DNA from: Curvularia clavata
Taxonomy: Eukaryota
DNA length: 64,000 nucleotides
Assembly: GCA_023920165.1 (NCBI GenBank)
Contig: CP089276.1
Span: forward strand, 248,001-312,000
Direction of reading: 5' to 3'
Of this stretch, positions 36,036 through 49,275 are shown piece by piece. How positions within the stretch are numbered: position 1 is the stretch's first letter; every line of letters begins with the position of its first letter. A model generated the notes under the pieces. The model was not told where the DNA came from and did no database searches. It saw only the letters and a program-made list of their open reading frames with translations. The position numbers and the translations under genes are program-made.

Positions 36036-38157
36036 ATGTCCTCACGAGCACTACGGCGAGCCCAGCGAGAACTTGAAGAGAAGCAGATTCGGGAAAGGCT
36101 CGCGCAGGATAGCCAGGATGAGGAAGAGTCAGAGCCTGAGATGGTGCCCAAGACCAGCGCAAAGCCTAGCCTGTTTGCCATGCTAGGTGACGCTGGTGAC
36201 GACAATGACGACGACGAGGATAAGGAAGATGCAGAGCGTGATACCGAGCCTGATGTCGGCGGCTCCGATCACCAGTCAAGAACCGAGTCCGCGCCCGCTT
36301 CAAAGCCATCCAAGAAGAGCAAAAAGAAGAAAAAGAAGGCAAAAGCAAAAGGCAAGGCTGCCAGTACAGCACAGAGTGATGCAACAGTCAAGAGCAGGCC
36401 GGATCTGGACGAGATTGATCAGGCGTTGCTTGCGCTTAATCTGACTGCCAGTGGCCAGGCAGGCAACGAGTCGGACCAGCAAGGTGCGGCTGTCAGTGAA
36501 GAGAAAAAGCAGTTGTTTGCCGCGCTGAGCGTCGACACTCAGCATCTGCACTCAGCCAACGAGATGAAGAAACTCTTTGGTCGAGCTGCGTTGCAAAACA
36601 CTGAAGACGAAGCCCGCCATCGGCAGCGGGGTCATCAAGGTGGGATTGCAGCGGCAATTGCAGGACGCAATGCTCCGGGCAGCCGCAATCTTGCCTCTCT
36701 GAGTCTCCGTAGAAATATCTTTATCCAAGGCAAGGAAGAGTGGCCGCGTGCTACCTCTGGCGGTCTCGGGATGGAGATTGTTGAGAAGCGGGCAGACGGC
36801 ACTGTAGAGTACAAATTTGTGCACAACCGCATGTATCAAGACGTTCAACGGCAATTCTCAGTATGCGTTGCTAGCATGGACCCTGAACGCATGATTGCAC
36901 TGCTCCAGCACAACCGTAGGTCACAACCCATCATTCTGGGCACGTACGACGCTAACCATGTCTCTAGCATTTCACATCTCAACACTGCTCCAGGTTTCTG
37001 AGATTGCAAAGCAGCAACGCGAGAATGCTGCTGCGTCGGATATGCTGGAGCGTGCGCTCTTCTCATTTGGTCGCTCTGTGCACTCAACATTTGCGGCTAA
37101 TCTCGCGGCGGGCAAAGCACGGCTAGACTTTCGTCGTCCAGAGAATCGCGAGTTTTGGCTTGCGGTATGGCGATATCTTGGTGCACTGAGTACTCGCGCC
37201 ACCTGGCGGACGTCATTTGAGTGGGCTAAGCTGCTCCTCGCCATGGACCCCGAGCAAGACCCCTACTGCCTCCGACTCCTCATCGACCAGCTAGCTCTGA
37301 GGGGACGAGATGCCGAAGGGTTGATCAAAATTGCGGAATCAGACTATCTACAGCGGCAGTGGAAGATTCCACCCAACCTCGCGTACAGCGTTGCGCTTGC
37401 CCATGATCGCATGAAGGAACCGCAGAAGGCACGCTCGGCGCTTCGCAACGCCATCAAAGAGTACCCATGGTTAGCAGCGAGGCTGTGCAAGGAGCTCGAC
37501 ATCTCGCCAATACCTAAGCCAGTGTGGGGTAAGGAGCCCAACAACGACTACCAGGAGCTGCTTTGCCAGATGTATGTTCCAAAGGCAAAAGACTTGTGGA
37601 ACACGACAGAAGGCACCACGTTACTGGTAGAGATGTGTTATGCATTTGAAGAGGAGCTGGGGGCAGGCGAGGATCCGTACTGGCTTGCCCAAATACCAGA
37701 GAACGATCTCGCTAGGCACGTCATACTGTCAGACAACCAGGCGCTCATGTCACTACTCGACGTACGTGTCAAGTCGAGGTATACGTCAGTGTCGGATCCA
37801 CTTCCCCCAGATGACAATCTGGAGTCTTACGACGCTTCGATAGACAACGTGATGGGCGCACGTCCACGAGACCCAACGGCACGACAGCGCATGCTGGCAG
37901 ATCTGGAGCCTATTCGACAATACTTTGAGAGGATAGGGATTGACAGGCTGATGCAGCGGGGCCTGAATGAGCAGGATCTGATAGGAGCACTGGAGGAGGC
38001 AAACAGCAGCATCGACGAGTTCAGGGTCATGACGGAGGCTTTCCAGTTCTTGCGCATGAGGCTCGCACAGGAGGGGGTACAAGTAGTGTTTGACGAGCAG
38101 AATGCGGATCAGGGGGATAGGCCTGGATCGGAGACGGACGAGGACGACGAAGACTAA
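36036..38157 (+). CDS. RQC1: Ribosome quality control subunit Rqc1 (TCF25/Nulp1 family); intron about 36917-36968
   Basis: MSSRALRR start, poly-Lys, EMKKLFG, EWPRATSGGLGME, PFHISTLLQVSE, LERALFSFG, RLDFRRPENREFWLA, WRTSFEWAKLLL. Confidence 0.92.
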
Positions 38158-38849
38158 GCAGGCATGCTGCACATTGTATCCAAGGTGCTGAGCCTGAAGA
38201 CAAGGGGATATATGTGTGACGCCAGCACGGACGCGTCCATGAATGAGAGTCTCATGACGGGTGCGGTGAGAGACATGGCATGCGCTGTATATAGGTACGT
38301 ACATAGCATGTATGAAGGCACTTGTGCAGCCCCCCACGCGCTCCCTGTCCCCCGCTGTGGCGCTGTCAAGCCAAATCCACGTCCGTGCGAGGCCTGCCAG
38401 TAAATGCAAATACAGTCCAGAACCCCGTCGGCAGGGAAACAACACAATCCAAAGTTTATAGTGTTGCAACTCAACAACTGCGCTTTAGCTTTTGGATAGG
38501 ATACCTTCCCAGAGTACGTGGTAGCTGTACGGTCGTCCTTTAGTATACTTGCAGCTCTATTATATGCTGACCTAAAGAGGCAAGGTTGGGCGTTCTGTTT
38601 CTAAGAGAGACCCTGTTGTCCCTCGCGGATCTGACGTACCCAAGCCTGCTTGATAGCCGCTTTCCGCACAAGCCGCCGCCGCCGCATCATCGCCTAGGGG
38701 CCCGCCGTCTATCCGACTAGCCCATCCCATATCCTCAACTCGCTCGGCATCCCTGTCTCCAGAAACAACTCGCTATCGCTCAAGTCGCTGTCCACGTCGC
38801 TGAAACCGCTGCCGTCGTCCAGGTCTCTCCCAACCCTCCATCTGTCGCC

Positions 38850-41501
38850 ATGAGCGGCGTGCGTGCTCACCTCGCCAGCCGGCTCCGCAGCACCTCCCTG
38901 TCCGCCGTCCCCCCTCCACAGCACAGCTCCAACTATTCTCACGACCTGGCCAAGATTGCCTCTTCCATTCTCTACCGCTCGCCTCTTCCTTCAGACGAGG
39001 GAAGACCTGTTTTCATCCTCAACGCCGCCGCCCTCCCCGACTCTCACGACGCTGACTACGACCTGCTACTGCCCTATGTCCTCGCCCGTCTGCCTGAGGA
39101 AGACGAACTGCTCAAGGGATACGAATATGAAGTGGTCTTCTTTGCTGGTGACGGCGACGGTTCCGCGACCAGCAAGAAGCATAGACCAGGCTGGGGCTGG
39201 TTTCTACAGGCCTACCACGTGCTGTCCAGAGCCATGCGAAAGAGGCTCCAGCGACTGTATATTGTGCACGAAAAAGCATGGGTGAGGATACTGACGGAGA
39301 TTTTCTCCACTATTGTCAGCCCCAAGTTTCGAAGAAAGATATATCACTGTACGTTTGAAAATTCCCTTTGCTTGTGCTAGTACTGACTAGTGGCAGTGTC
39401 CAATTTGACTCAACTTGCTCGCGAAATCCACATTGAGAACCTCCTGATACCCCCTTCGACCTATCTCGCCGACCGTCGCATAGCCGAAAATATTGCCGCC
39501 TTCAACGGCACAGGGAGAAGAGCTTTCGGAACTCGCAACCCATTCCCTATTGGCAGCAATGGCAAGACCCGCTTCCCTCGTGTCCTTAGAGAGACGACAA
39601 GCTTTGTTCTCATGGATAAGAATATTACCTCAGAAGGCTTGTTCCGTGTGCCCCCGCACTCGAGACTGCGCGACTCATTGAAAGAGGCATACGATAGGGG
39701 CCAGAAGTATATCATCTGGAAAGACAATGATATCATGCTGCCAGTCCCCCCTTACCCTCATGCAGAACATCAGGATGAGATACTGGCCGAGCTGCCCCCT
39801 ACGGACGCATACTCAGTCTACATGGCTGCTGCGCTCATCAAGGCCTGGTATGCTGCTCTGCGGCAACCAATCTTCCCGACAGAATGCTACCGGGACTTGC
39901 GTCGCTTATACGGAAACAGCCAGGAGATCTTTGAACTTCAGAAGTTGGTTGATCTCTTCTCTCCAACTTCTGAATGGTCGTTGCTGCCTGGCTTATCTCG
40001 TGAAATTCTTTGCCGACACCTTCTGCCCCTAACAAGCGCGATAGCTGCACGACAAGAAGAGAACAAAATGACAGCTGAGAACTTGGCAGTTTGCTTCGCT
40101 CCAGGACTGCTCTGCGGCCCTGACCAGCTTGAAGATGCAAAGGTGTCGTCCATCATAAGGAGAGTCCTCACCCAAGCCATTGATATGTGGACCGATGGAC
40201 TGAGAGAAGCATGCGGTCAGACAGATGACGCCTTCTATGCCCAGCTGAAGCTTCCTAGTGACCAGAAAGATTGGGAGGATCCGGCGGACGCAAGAAGAGA
40301 CTCTTCAGACAGCGAAACGTCCTTGCCAGAGCAAATGAGTGGCATTACGTTACTTGACAACGAAAAGGCGCCCGTTTCGCAGAATCCACGTCAAGGTCAA
40401 CAGGATGAGGTGCCGCCTCCGCTTCCACCCCGAACTCAGGTATCATCCAACAAATCTTCTTTTGACTCAATTCAAAGGAAGCCTGCACCTCCACTTGCAG
40501 TGCCCCCGCGCTACTCGACGGTGATATCAGATGCCCCCGAAGATGTTGCCGAGTCACCCATTACCTATGCCGCAACTACGGACGGCTTTGCCCCCCCACG
40601 TAATGATAACAATAGTACCGAACAGCCCCCGAAGCTCCCACAAAGACGGGATGTCCAATCAGATGAGAAGAAGTCTGGTATGAGCAGTCCAGTTTCAGTC
40701 ATTCCCAACTCCGCTCCTACACGCGCGGAACAAGATGCGCGCTCACAAGTCTCTACTACTTCTCCAGTGCCTCAATTTAATATTCCTAAAAGGAAGACCC
40801 TGACCGCGACGCAGATTGACAATGTTGAGAAGGCCGTCGTCGCAAACAATGAAGCCCGCCGAGCTCTGCCCGTAGGCGGCATGGCGCTTCCTGGGCTCAC
40901 GGGTAACTACAATAGTAATAATAATAATAACAATACAGACACAAAGCGATGGCCGTCTTCTGCAACCACATCTCTAGGAGACAATACAGCCACTTCGCCC
41001 TTGCTGACTTCACCCCAAAGTGCCGTCTCAGCACCAGCATCAGAGTTCCGTCGCCCAAGCGTCCCTTTTTCTGTAGCAGCGACAGCACCACAATTCTCGT
41101 CCTCAACAAAAATTAATCGCAGTCCAAGCATCAACTCGCTCGCGCGTCCCGTTTTCCCCACTACGCCTCAAGTTCCTATCCTGGGCCACCCCGTGCCGCA
41201 CCACACCAACAACAAAGCGGCAACAAGCACGCTTCCTGTTCCGTCGACTACTACCCCGCGCCTCCGCGCCCCAAGCGCAAGCCTCATGCAACGCATGCCT
41301 AGTTTCGAGAAGTTTGCCAAGAACTCGCCAACCAAGGATGACGAGCTGTCTGATAGCAGTGTGTCCAGGGGCAGGACTACGCTCAAGCCGACAAAAATCA
41401 GTCTCAAGAAGCAGTCGGTGGAGGATTTGAGGAGGCTATATGAAGAGCGGGCGGGCACGGCGAGTGTGTTGGTGCAGGCGGGTAGGCAGAGAAATGGGTA
41501 G
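38850..41501 (+). CDS. ECM25: CRAL-TRIO/BCH + RhoGAP protein (Ecm25-like); intron about 39349-39396
   Basis: ILNAAALPD, RKRLQRLYIVHEKAWVR, VSPKFRRKIYH (BCH); EGLFRVPP arginine finger, NKMTAENLAVCFAPGL; C-terminal VEDLRRLYEER. Confidence 0.85.
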
Positions 41502-42443
41502 CTTTTTTTTTGTTGTGTTGTTGATGGCTTTTGGGTTTCTTCTTCTTCTTCGCTTCACTTCGCTTCGTTTTTAGCTGGGCAGGGTTTGTTCCTCGGAATA
41601 TATATAGAGGGGTATTGTTGTGTGTGTGTGTGGGAAATTCTCAGCATTTGGGTATACGTGTGTGTATCACAACTTTTGATAGTCGGACAGGATTCTTTTA
41701 CACATGCCAAGATTTTAGTATTCTTACCATTCTTCAAGATTGTTTTCTGGTTCCCGTGATTAGACAGATGAATATAGCACCTAATTTGCTCGGTATACAT
41801 ATCCGTCTTCTTACATACCCCTGTTCCATCTTTTGTCTTCATCTCGGTTCGAGTTGCCGGATATTGTTTGCTTTTTCTGGATATTTCTTGTTTTCCTTTC
41901 CTTCCGGTTGGGGATTTTTGCTTTTTTCTCGGGGAAGGATGCCGGTTCGTGCAAGGGTGATTGGGGAAAAAGCAATGGGAAACGTAGAAAACGAAATTAA
42001 AATGTAACTTGATTCTTACATGCATGTGTTGACGAAGAGGGACATATGCGATGGTGGTGGGGTGGAAGAAGCAAATTGAAGGGTTTGTAGATCCAGAGCT
42101 GGATATGCGTTATGTTACGCTAGGTTAGATTGGGCTGTCCTGATGGCTCGCTAGGAAGGGAGAGAGTTATGGGTGGGTGTGTGTATGTGGAGAGAGGAGT
42201 GGTATATAAGAGAAATACAGGCAGAGTATTACATCAGACAAGAGAGAGCCAGTGGAAGAAGGATTAAGCAATTACACACACATGCATTTCAAATATCCTC
42301 TCTTGTAAATAGAGAAGTCGGTGACTGGCATCACCCGTGAATACTTTGCCATGATTTATGTAGAACAGAAACGAAATGATGTATCCACCAAAGCGAGAAA
42401 AAGAGAGAGCATCTAGCTCACTCTCAATTTCACTCTCTGTCTC

Positions 42444-45400
42444 TTACCCATGATTTCTGAATACAGGATTCACCACATTACCCCCATCTCCGTCTTCAGT
42501 CTTTGTTCGCGCTGATGCCGCCCAGGCCATGTGTCCCTGTGCCGCATTCGCACCAGGCCACCATCCACTCCCGTCATACCCATCCTGTGTGTGGTGTCCA
42601 TCGTGTGCTGCCGGGGGATATCCCACGGCATCTGGAGTTGTGGAATAAGCTTGTCGGGGAGCATAAGGGTGCTCGTGCTGGTTGTTTGGCGCAGAATAGA
42701 CATTTGCTGCCACGCCCGTGTTGAAGCTGTTGACGTGCCTGGAGCGCCAATCCTCATTGATTCTGAATCCATCGCGTCTAAGACGGTCGCTATTGTGAAC
42801 GACGCTTTCGAGACCCATGGGGCTCATCTGTTGGTAATTGTGTTGGTGGATAGGGCCTGGTACACCTGGCATTGCTAGCATGTAAGCGTCAAAACGTGCT
42901 CAAAGTAAGAAATAAGGCGGCTCGCTTACGGTTCCAGAACATGGATTCTGCTGCATCTGTTGTAGGAGATGTTATCGTCATGGGCATGTTGGTTGTCGAT
43001 GGCATGGCCTGTGTGTACTGGTAAGGAAGAGACATGTTATTACTATAGCTCCCTTGAACGCTTTCATGTCGCACACCAGGCGATGTGTGACGTTGGCTGG
43101 AGACCACGCTGGCCGGTCTCGAGTGCGCGGGATGGGTAGCCAGATGCATCATGTTTTGGGGGTTAAACATGGACAAACTTTCTCGTCGTTGAGTATGAAC
43201 AGTCCCAGGTACTACGTGGTTACTGGTACCGGTGGAAGAATTTGGCATTCCCATCAGAGGCTCTGGTGGAGAGTTCATCTGGCCGTGAGGGTTGTTTGGA
43301 TCGTTCTTGGGCAATAATATCGAATTGCTGAGCTCCTCTGGAAACGGCAGACTCCAGGTCTTGGACAGAGAGTGTATGATTCGAAAGCTCCTTGCTGCAA
43401 AGTAATGACATTCGTGTATATCTTCAAGACCTTGGAGTCCCTCGATAAGATTTTGCCGAGACAGTTGATTTTCCTTTGAATAGAGTAGGTGTATTATGCA
43501 AACGGTAAGTAGAACATGTGGTATGACCAGGTGTGCTTGTCGGAAGTTGTAGAATTGCCGGTAGATTCTGACAATTCTTGATACCTGGTTGGCTGCGTCT
43601 ATGCAGATGTCGCGTGGATGTATGTCCGAGTGGATAAGATCGACCTTGAGGAGCGGGCGGAAGAGATGGATGACATTTGTGTAGTAGAACATGCTATAGA
43701 CTAGATCAGTTGCCTGGCAAGCAAAACAGATCAAAGCGAGAAATGAGAGGGAGCACAGAGAGGGGTTATTTGACATACTGTAGTGTAAGGACATGAGGCT
43801 GAGGTTCTTTCTTGGGGTCGATTCCCAACGAGGGTGGCAACTTTCTGTACCAGGCTTGGTATTTGCTGTAGCAGTCAAGTAACTTGCTGCTGGTAAGCCT
43901 TTCTTTTGGCGCAAAGAACATGTGGTTGTTGTCGTTGATAAGCTCTGAAAGGGTTGTGAACTCTTGTAGAAACATGCGAGTGGTTATGATTCCGTGTGGA
44001 GGTCCAGAAAACGTCTCTGGACTGGTGGTAGTTTCGTCAAGGATAGGCTTCTGAAGAGTAATTGCGGCTCGAGGTATCTGACTGATTCGCCCCATGGCGA
44101 TTGTCCAGACACTTTTTTAGTGTTAGCAAAGATTGTCATTGCGAGTATGCGTAGCCGGATACTTACTTTTCTACTGTAAAGCAGCCCCAGAAAGTGACTT
44201 TCCGGACCTCGACTTCGCTTGGTGTCAAACCAAGAGTAGCACTAGTACCGTAGTCCAAGTGCAGGCCCATTTCGACACACATACGCATGCATCGTCCAAT
44301 GTAGGCAAAACCGCTGCTGTCTCTGCCTGTGCTCGGCTCGCGAAGTGACATGACACAGAGAGCCTGGACGGTTGTAAGACACGGGGTTTCATCCTCGAAT
44401 AGCAACCGCCTGGCTTCAGCGAAGAAATGATCGCCTGCTGTGCGGAAGTCGGACGGGTCAGTACGACCTGCAGGATCGTCGGTCAAATGGCAAGCGTAGG
44501 CGCATATGGCGTTGACGAGCAGAGAGCAGCAGTATTTGTCGCGGCCAGCTCTGAAATCCTTGTAGAAACATTCTCGGCTGAAGAGAACGTAGAAAGGGTG
44601 GCTCCATGTAAAGTAGAGGTTGAGCAAGCTCTCGACAAAGGTGAGATCATCCGTCACGTTTGTCCACGTGGAACCCTGACGCTGCGGCTGCACACTGCTC
44701 ATACGCATGCGGGCACCGCCAAAATTTTCTTCTTCTGGGACAAGACTCAGGCTGGCCGAGTGTCCAAAGTGTCTGCTTTGACCGGTGAGGGTCACGGCTG
44801 GCTTACCGAGCAGCACACTTAGATCAGACTCGAGGCTTTGGCCGTCGATGGGCGTACTGGGCGTCAGAGTTACATTCTTGCGCCATGTTTCGGCCAAGGT
44901 GGCGGTATCGAAGTCAGGATTGCTTCGAATGTGCTGGATAAGCTCGCTGACGTGCTCGTCTGGTAGTCTTTTGAGTGAGTTGATGATGAAATCGGCATTG
45001 GGAGCTGGATCTGAGGTGAGGGTGGCGACTGATGAGGCATCGCGCTTTATGCCTGCGTTGTTTGTTGTTGCGTGTCCCTTGTTGCGTCGACTCTCGCTCT
45101 CAGCATCGTAATGGCACTCAGTCTTGTAGACGGCAGTGCAGGTTGCGCAGACGGGAGTACCGCCATCGCACTGTAGGCAAAGACATTAGCAAGGGAGGTG
45201 AATTCCATGGGGAGGGGTTTGGGAAAGGGCGGGCTCTGGCAGGTTGGCAGGCTGACAGACAGACAGGCAGACTGACAGATTGACAGACACACCACCAAGC
45301 AAAAATTGGGGAGTGGTACCAGGCGAGGAGCAGTCCGCGGAGGCGAATCTCACACACAATGGCATGCCCCCTGGTTGTTACAAAGGTCGTGCGCCTGTCG

Positions 45401-45542
45401 AGATACTTACTTTGGACTTGCGTTTACGGCATGGGACACAAGCTGATTGCACACAGCGGCGCTTAGTTACTTTTGCATCTTGGGCGTGAGAGGGGTCCTG
45501 AGTATCTCTGGTGGAAGAAGAGGCAGTGGCACCGCGAGCCAT
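42444..45542 (-). CDS. Zn(II)2Cys6 fungal transcription factor, NirA/NIT-4-like; at least 4 introns
   Basis: KRRCVQSACVPCRKRKSK/CDGGTPVCATCTAVYKTECHYD; WTNVTDD..LYFTWSHPFY, LLVNAICAYAC, EVRKVTFWGCF (fungal-specific TF domain), IHLFRPLL. Confidence 0.9.
45254..45290. repeat. Imperfect (GACA)n microsatellite in the first intron of the Zn2Cys6 gene
   Basis: gacagacagacaggcagactgacagattgacagacac. Confidence 0.6.
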
Positions 45543-46630
45543 GTTTGGTCAGCAGATAGAAGGAGGAACAACTCCACACGGGGCTCCGAGGGAGGATCTG
45601 GTTATGACATTGTCTGACTTGGAGTAGCAGAAGTATGTAGGACGGGAGATCAACCAGTTAGAAGGCGAAGACAAATTAGGTAGTTGTGACGTTAGGGCGC
45701 CCGTTGCAGCATCAAATGTGCCTGGCTTAAGTTTGCCTTTGGGGATTAGAGGTAAAATACTACATGGATATGGGTGGCAAGCAGGGATGGCAGCCAGAGA
45801 GAGAGGGTCGCTGAGGCTAGTGTTCACGGGCGAGCCGGGCGAGGGCAATGGCAGCATGTTGTGCAGTAGACTAAAGGCGGGTGGACGGCGAGCACGCACT
45901 GAGCAGAGCAGGGCCGGGCAGCAGCACCGCCAACATGGCAAAGTCAGGACACAGGGGGAAATTCGAATCGAGAGGCTGGAATCCCATCAGCCCCGTCAGC
46001 TGATCGGCCCAGAAGCGCGTCCACATGGCGCCGTCGCGGGCTTGAGCCCCGAGCCCTGGGCGGACCAGCCTTTCGCGGGAATGAGAGCGACGCGCCGCTG
46101 TAAATGCTCATATCCGGGAGCCAGCTGCGCTTGTCGTGGTGGGGACCTGGGGGGGGAACGGCAGCAGCCTCAGGGCTCTAGATGGAGCAGAGATTTTCTA
46201 AACGAAGTCCCGAGACGCGTAGTCGCTGCTCAGCTTCGGCATACCACGCCGAACGAGTGCCGTTGCGTCCTCTGGCGGTGCCGTGGCAAAAAATGAAACG
46301 TTGCTGGGTCGCGGCGCGTCGGGGGCCAGGCAAACACACAGCACAGGGCTGATGGCCGTCGCCCGCAGCCCCTCTGGTGCAGTGGTGCAGTGCCGTGTGG
46401 TGCGTCAGTGTGAATGTACATGTAGCGCAGCGCAGTGGATCGGGCGGAGCGAGGGGTGCCATGGATGGTTGGGTTGTATTACTCGACGCCGACAAGATGG
46501 GTAGACCAACGGCTGCAAGCGAGCCTCCTGTCTTCTCGTTGGTGGGTCGCGGTCCGGCGCTGCTGCTGCTGCTAGCCTTCAACCTTCAGCCCCTCCACCG
46601 CCCTAGCACTTCCCGCAACCACGTCGTCCC

Positions 46631-46692
46631 CATCGACATCGACATCGACATCGACATCGCACAAGCACAAGCACAAACACACGCACACACAT
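46631..46692. repeat. Hexamer microsatellites: (CATCGA) about 5 copies, then CACAAG-type units
   Basis: catcgacatcgacatcgacatcgacatcg followed by cacaagcacaagcacaaacac. Confidence 0.7.
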
Positions 46693-46854
46693 TCCCGGCC
46701 AGTCGATGCATTTTGATTCGTCCCTGGCTAAAAAGCATTCCGTGGCCGCATATCCCAAAACTCCCAAACTCCCTTCTCCATGCCGCCGCCCCCTCTCTGC
46801 TCGCTTGGCCCTCTCTGCCCACTCCACTCACTCTGTCCCCTCGTGCTCCCCCGT

Positions 46855-48205
46855 CTACTCAGCCTCTGCCCCAGTCCCCTGGACAGGCTGAACTCCCTTG
46901 ATTAGCGGCAATAGACTCCTCGCGCCTTGCCGGGCCTGCTGGGCTAGTACCGCGTCCATGATGACCAGCGCAGCCATGCTTTCGACAATGGGTACTGCAC
47001 GCGGCACCACGCATGGGTCGTGTCGGCCCTTGGCCTCGAGCACGCCATCCTCCTGGTCGTACGTGACCGTCGTCTGCGCCTGGCCAATTGTCGCAGCTGG
47101 CTTGAACGCAACATTAAAGTAGATGGGCGCGCCGTTGCTAATGCCGCCCTGAATGCCCCCCGAGTTGTTCGTCTTGGTCGTCAGTTTGGGCTTGGACCGG
47201 AACACTTTGGCAGACGGGTTCTCGCCCGCCGGCACAGCGGGAGCCTTGATGAAAGCGTCGTTGTGGATGGACCCAGGCACTTGTGTGCCTCCGAAACCAG
47301 ACCCAATCTCAAAGCCCTTGGTTGCTGGAATTGACAGCATGGCATGTCCCAGCTTGGCCTCGAGTTTGTCAAAGCATGGCTCTCCCAGACCCGTCGGGCA
47401 GTTTCGAATGACACATGTCACAGTGCCGCCTATGCTGTCCTGCGCGTCCCTGTACTTTGCAATCAAATCTTCCATGCGTCTCGTCACCCCATCGCTCGGA
47501 CACCGCACAGGCAGAAACTCGTCCACCTTCTCACGCGTAATGCTGTCAATGAGCTTGAGGTACTCGGGATTCGTCGACGCCGTCGGGTGCTCCGGAGTGG
47601 GGGGAAATAGGAATTCGTTTCCAATAGAGTTTGTAAATGCGACAATCTCGATGCCATAGGCCTCGCGAAGGTACTTTTCTGCAATCGCCCCAGCCGCCAC
47701 TCGTCCTGATTCATGTCAGCCGTAATGCGTCTTCCACACGTCCCTACAAGACGGCGTACCAATCGTCTCGCGAGCACTGCTGCGGCCTCCACCCGAACTA
47801 GCCTTGACTCCGTATTTCTCCAGGTATGTCCAGTCGGCATGACTCGGTCGCGGGTATTTGTCCATGGTCTGGTTGCCATAGTCTTGCTTGCGCTGGTTTT
47901 CGTTCATGACTCTGATGCCGATTGGTGTCCCCAGTGTAATCCCAAACTCTGTTCCCGACTGAATTTCTACGCGATCCTTCTCATTACGCGGCGTCGTAAT
48001 GGCCGACTGGCCCGGTCGGCGTCGTGTCATCTGGGGTTGGATGTCGGCCTCTGTCAGCGCCATGCCGGGCGGGCAACCGTCGATAATGGCCCCGACAGAG
48101 AGGCAGTGCGATTCACCATAGCTGCCACTAATCAGTTTGTGAGCCCTACGTCTAGGGAGCGACTGCGTACGTGGTGACCCTAAAGTGTGTTCCGAATGTA
48201 GACAT
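46855..48205 (-). CDS. ARO2: Chorismate synthase, 2 introns
   Basis: [92 protein letters not shown]. Confidence 0.97.
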
Positions 48206-48308
48206 GCTGGCAGTCGTGGCGGGGCTGAAGTTGATCTCTCCTATGCCAATGCAATTCGACAGGCCAAGGTAAAAAGATGCTCGTGCTTAAATCCTAAGAG
48301 CTGCTTGG

Positions 48309-48389
48309 TGACTCTGTTAGTTTTTCGAGTACAAGGTTTGTCACAGGTCGGGCCAGACGCGTGCGCTGGAATAATCAACGTCAGAGTCA
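48309..48389. promoter_or_regulatory. Two Gcn4/CpcA-like TGACTC elements upstream of ARO2
   Basis: TGACTCT at 48309-48315 and AGAGTCA at 48383-48389; one mismatch to TGACTCA. Confidence 0.4.
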
Positions 48390-49275
48390 CTCCAGCAGTT
48401 TTACTTATTAGTGGGGCGCGGACCAGGGCCGTTTGGATATCCGAAGTCGGCCGCCGATGGTAGAGCTGCCGTAGCTGGAGCTATGTCATACCCCGATCCA
48501 ATGCACCGTCTCCAAAACACAAGCAAAAGAGCAACAAAGTGCTCAGCTATGGCGACATTCTTGGGGAGGGGTATTGCTCTTGTTGGTTAGTGGCACCCTT
48601 CAACGCCAGATGGACAGACTCGTGATGGGTGCATCCAGCGTCATCAACGTCAAGCGCGCATGTTCGTATCAAGTCAACCAAACTTTGCAAGTTACTAGCG
48701 GTGCCCTCTCTCGCGCTGACTTGGGTAGTCTGGTGGATGAGTCTTGTCACGTGCGTCACGTGATTGCCGAGAACGTCAGCCTGCCATGGAACCAAATGCG
48801 CATGCGTTGTTCTTGCGTTATTCCATGCTTCTGCGCAGGAAAGTGGGGTCGAAACAGGTTGAAAGCAATGGCGCACAGCTGGAGCAGTCTGGTAGCAAGA
48901 CCGCAAAGAGCCAATGTCAAAGTTGAGGACAGCCAACAGCGTGGTAGGCCAGGCCAGTCAGATGCCTCCCGGCGTGTAATAGCAACGAGAGGCAGAATGC
49001 TTGCCCACAAGCTGGTGTAGAACCGTCGCAAGGTCGACTGAAATTGAAAGGGGGGGAAAAGAGATTCTTCGGGTAATGGGCCAAACGATGATGAGCCTCA
49101 GATGCGCGCACGTTGGCGACCAAGTGGCAGGCCGTGGCAGGCACGAAGATCACCCGGCTTTGCTAGCGCGGACCCTTGCCGTGACCTCTCAAGAAGTTTT
49201 GCGCCTGGCCAACAACACCAACCCCCCCAAACCACCCCTCCATTTTTCCAATTGCATCCCATACAATCCACCATC

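Noticed and set aside
41531..42025. ORFs of about 157 aa on both strands
   Set aside because: T-rich convergent 3' UTR region; the F- or K-rich translations are compositional artefacts
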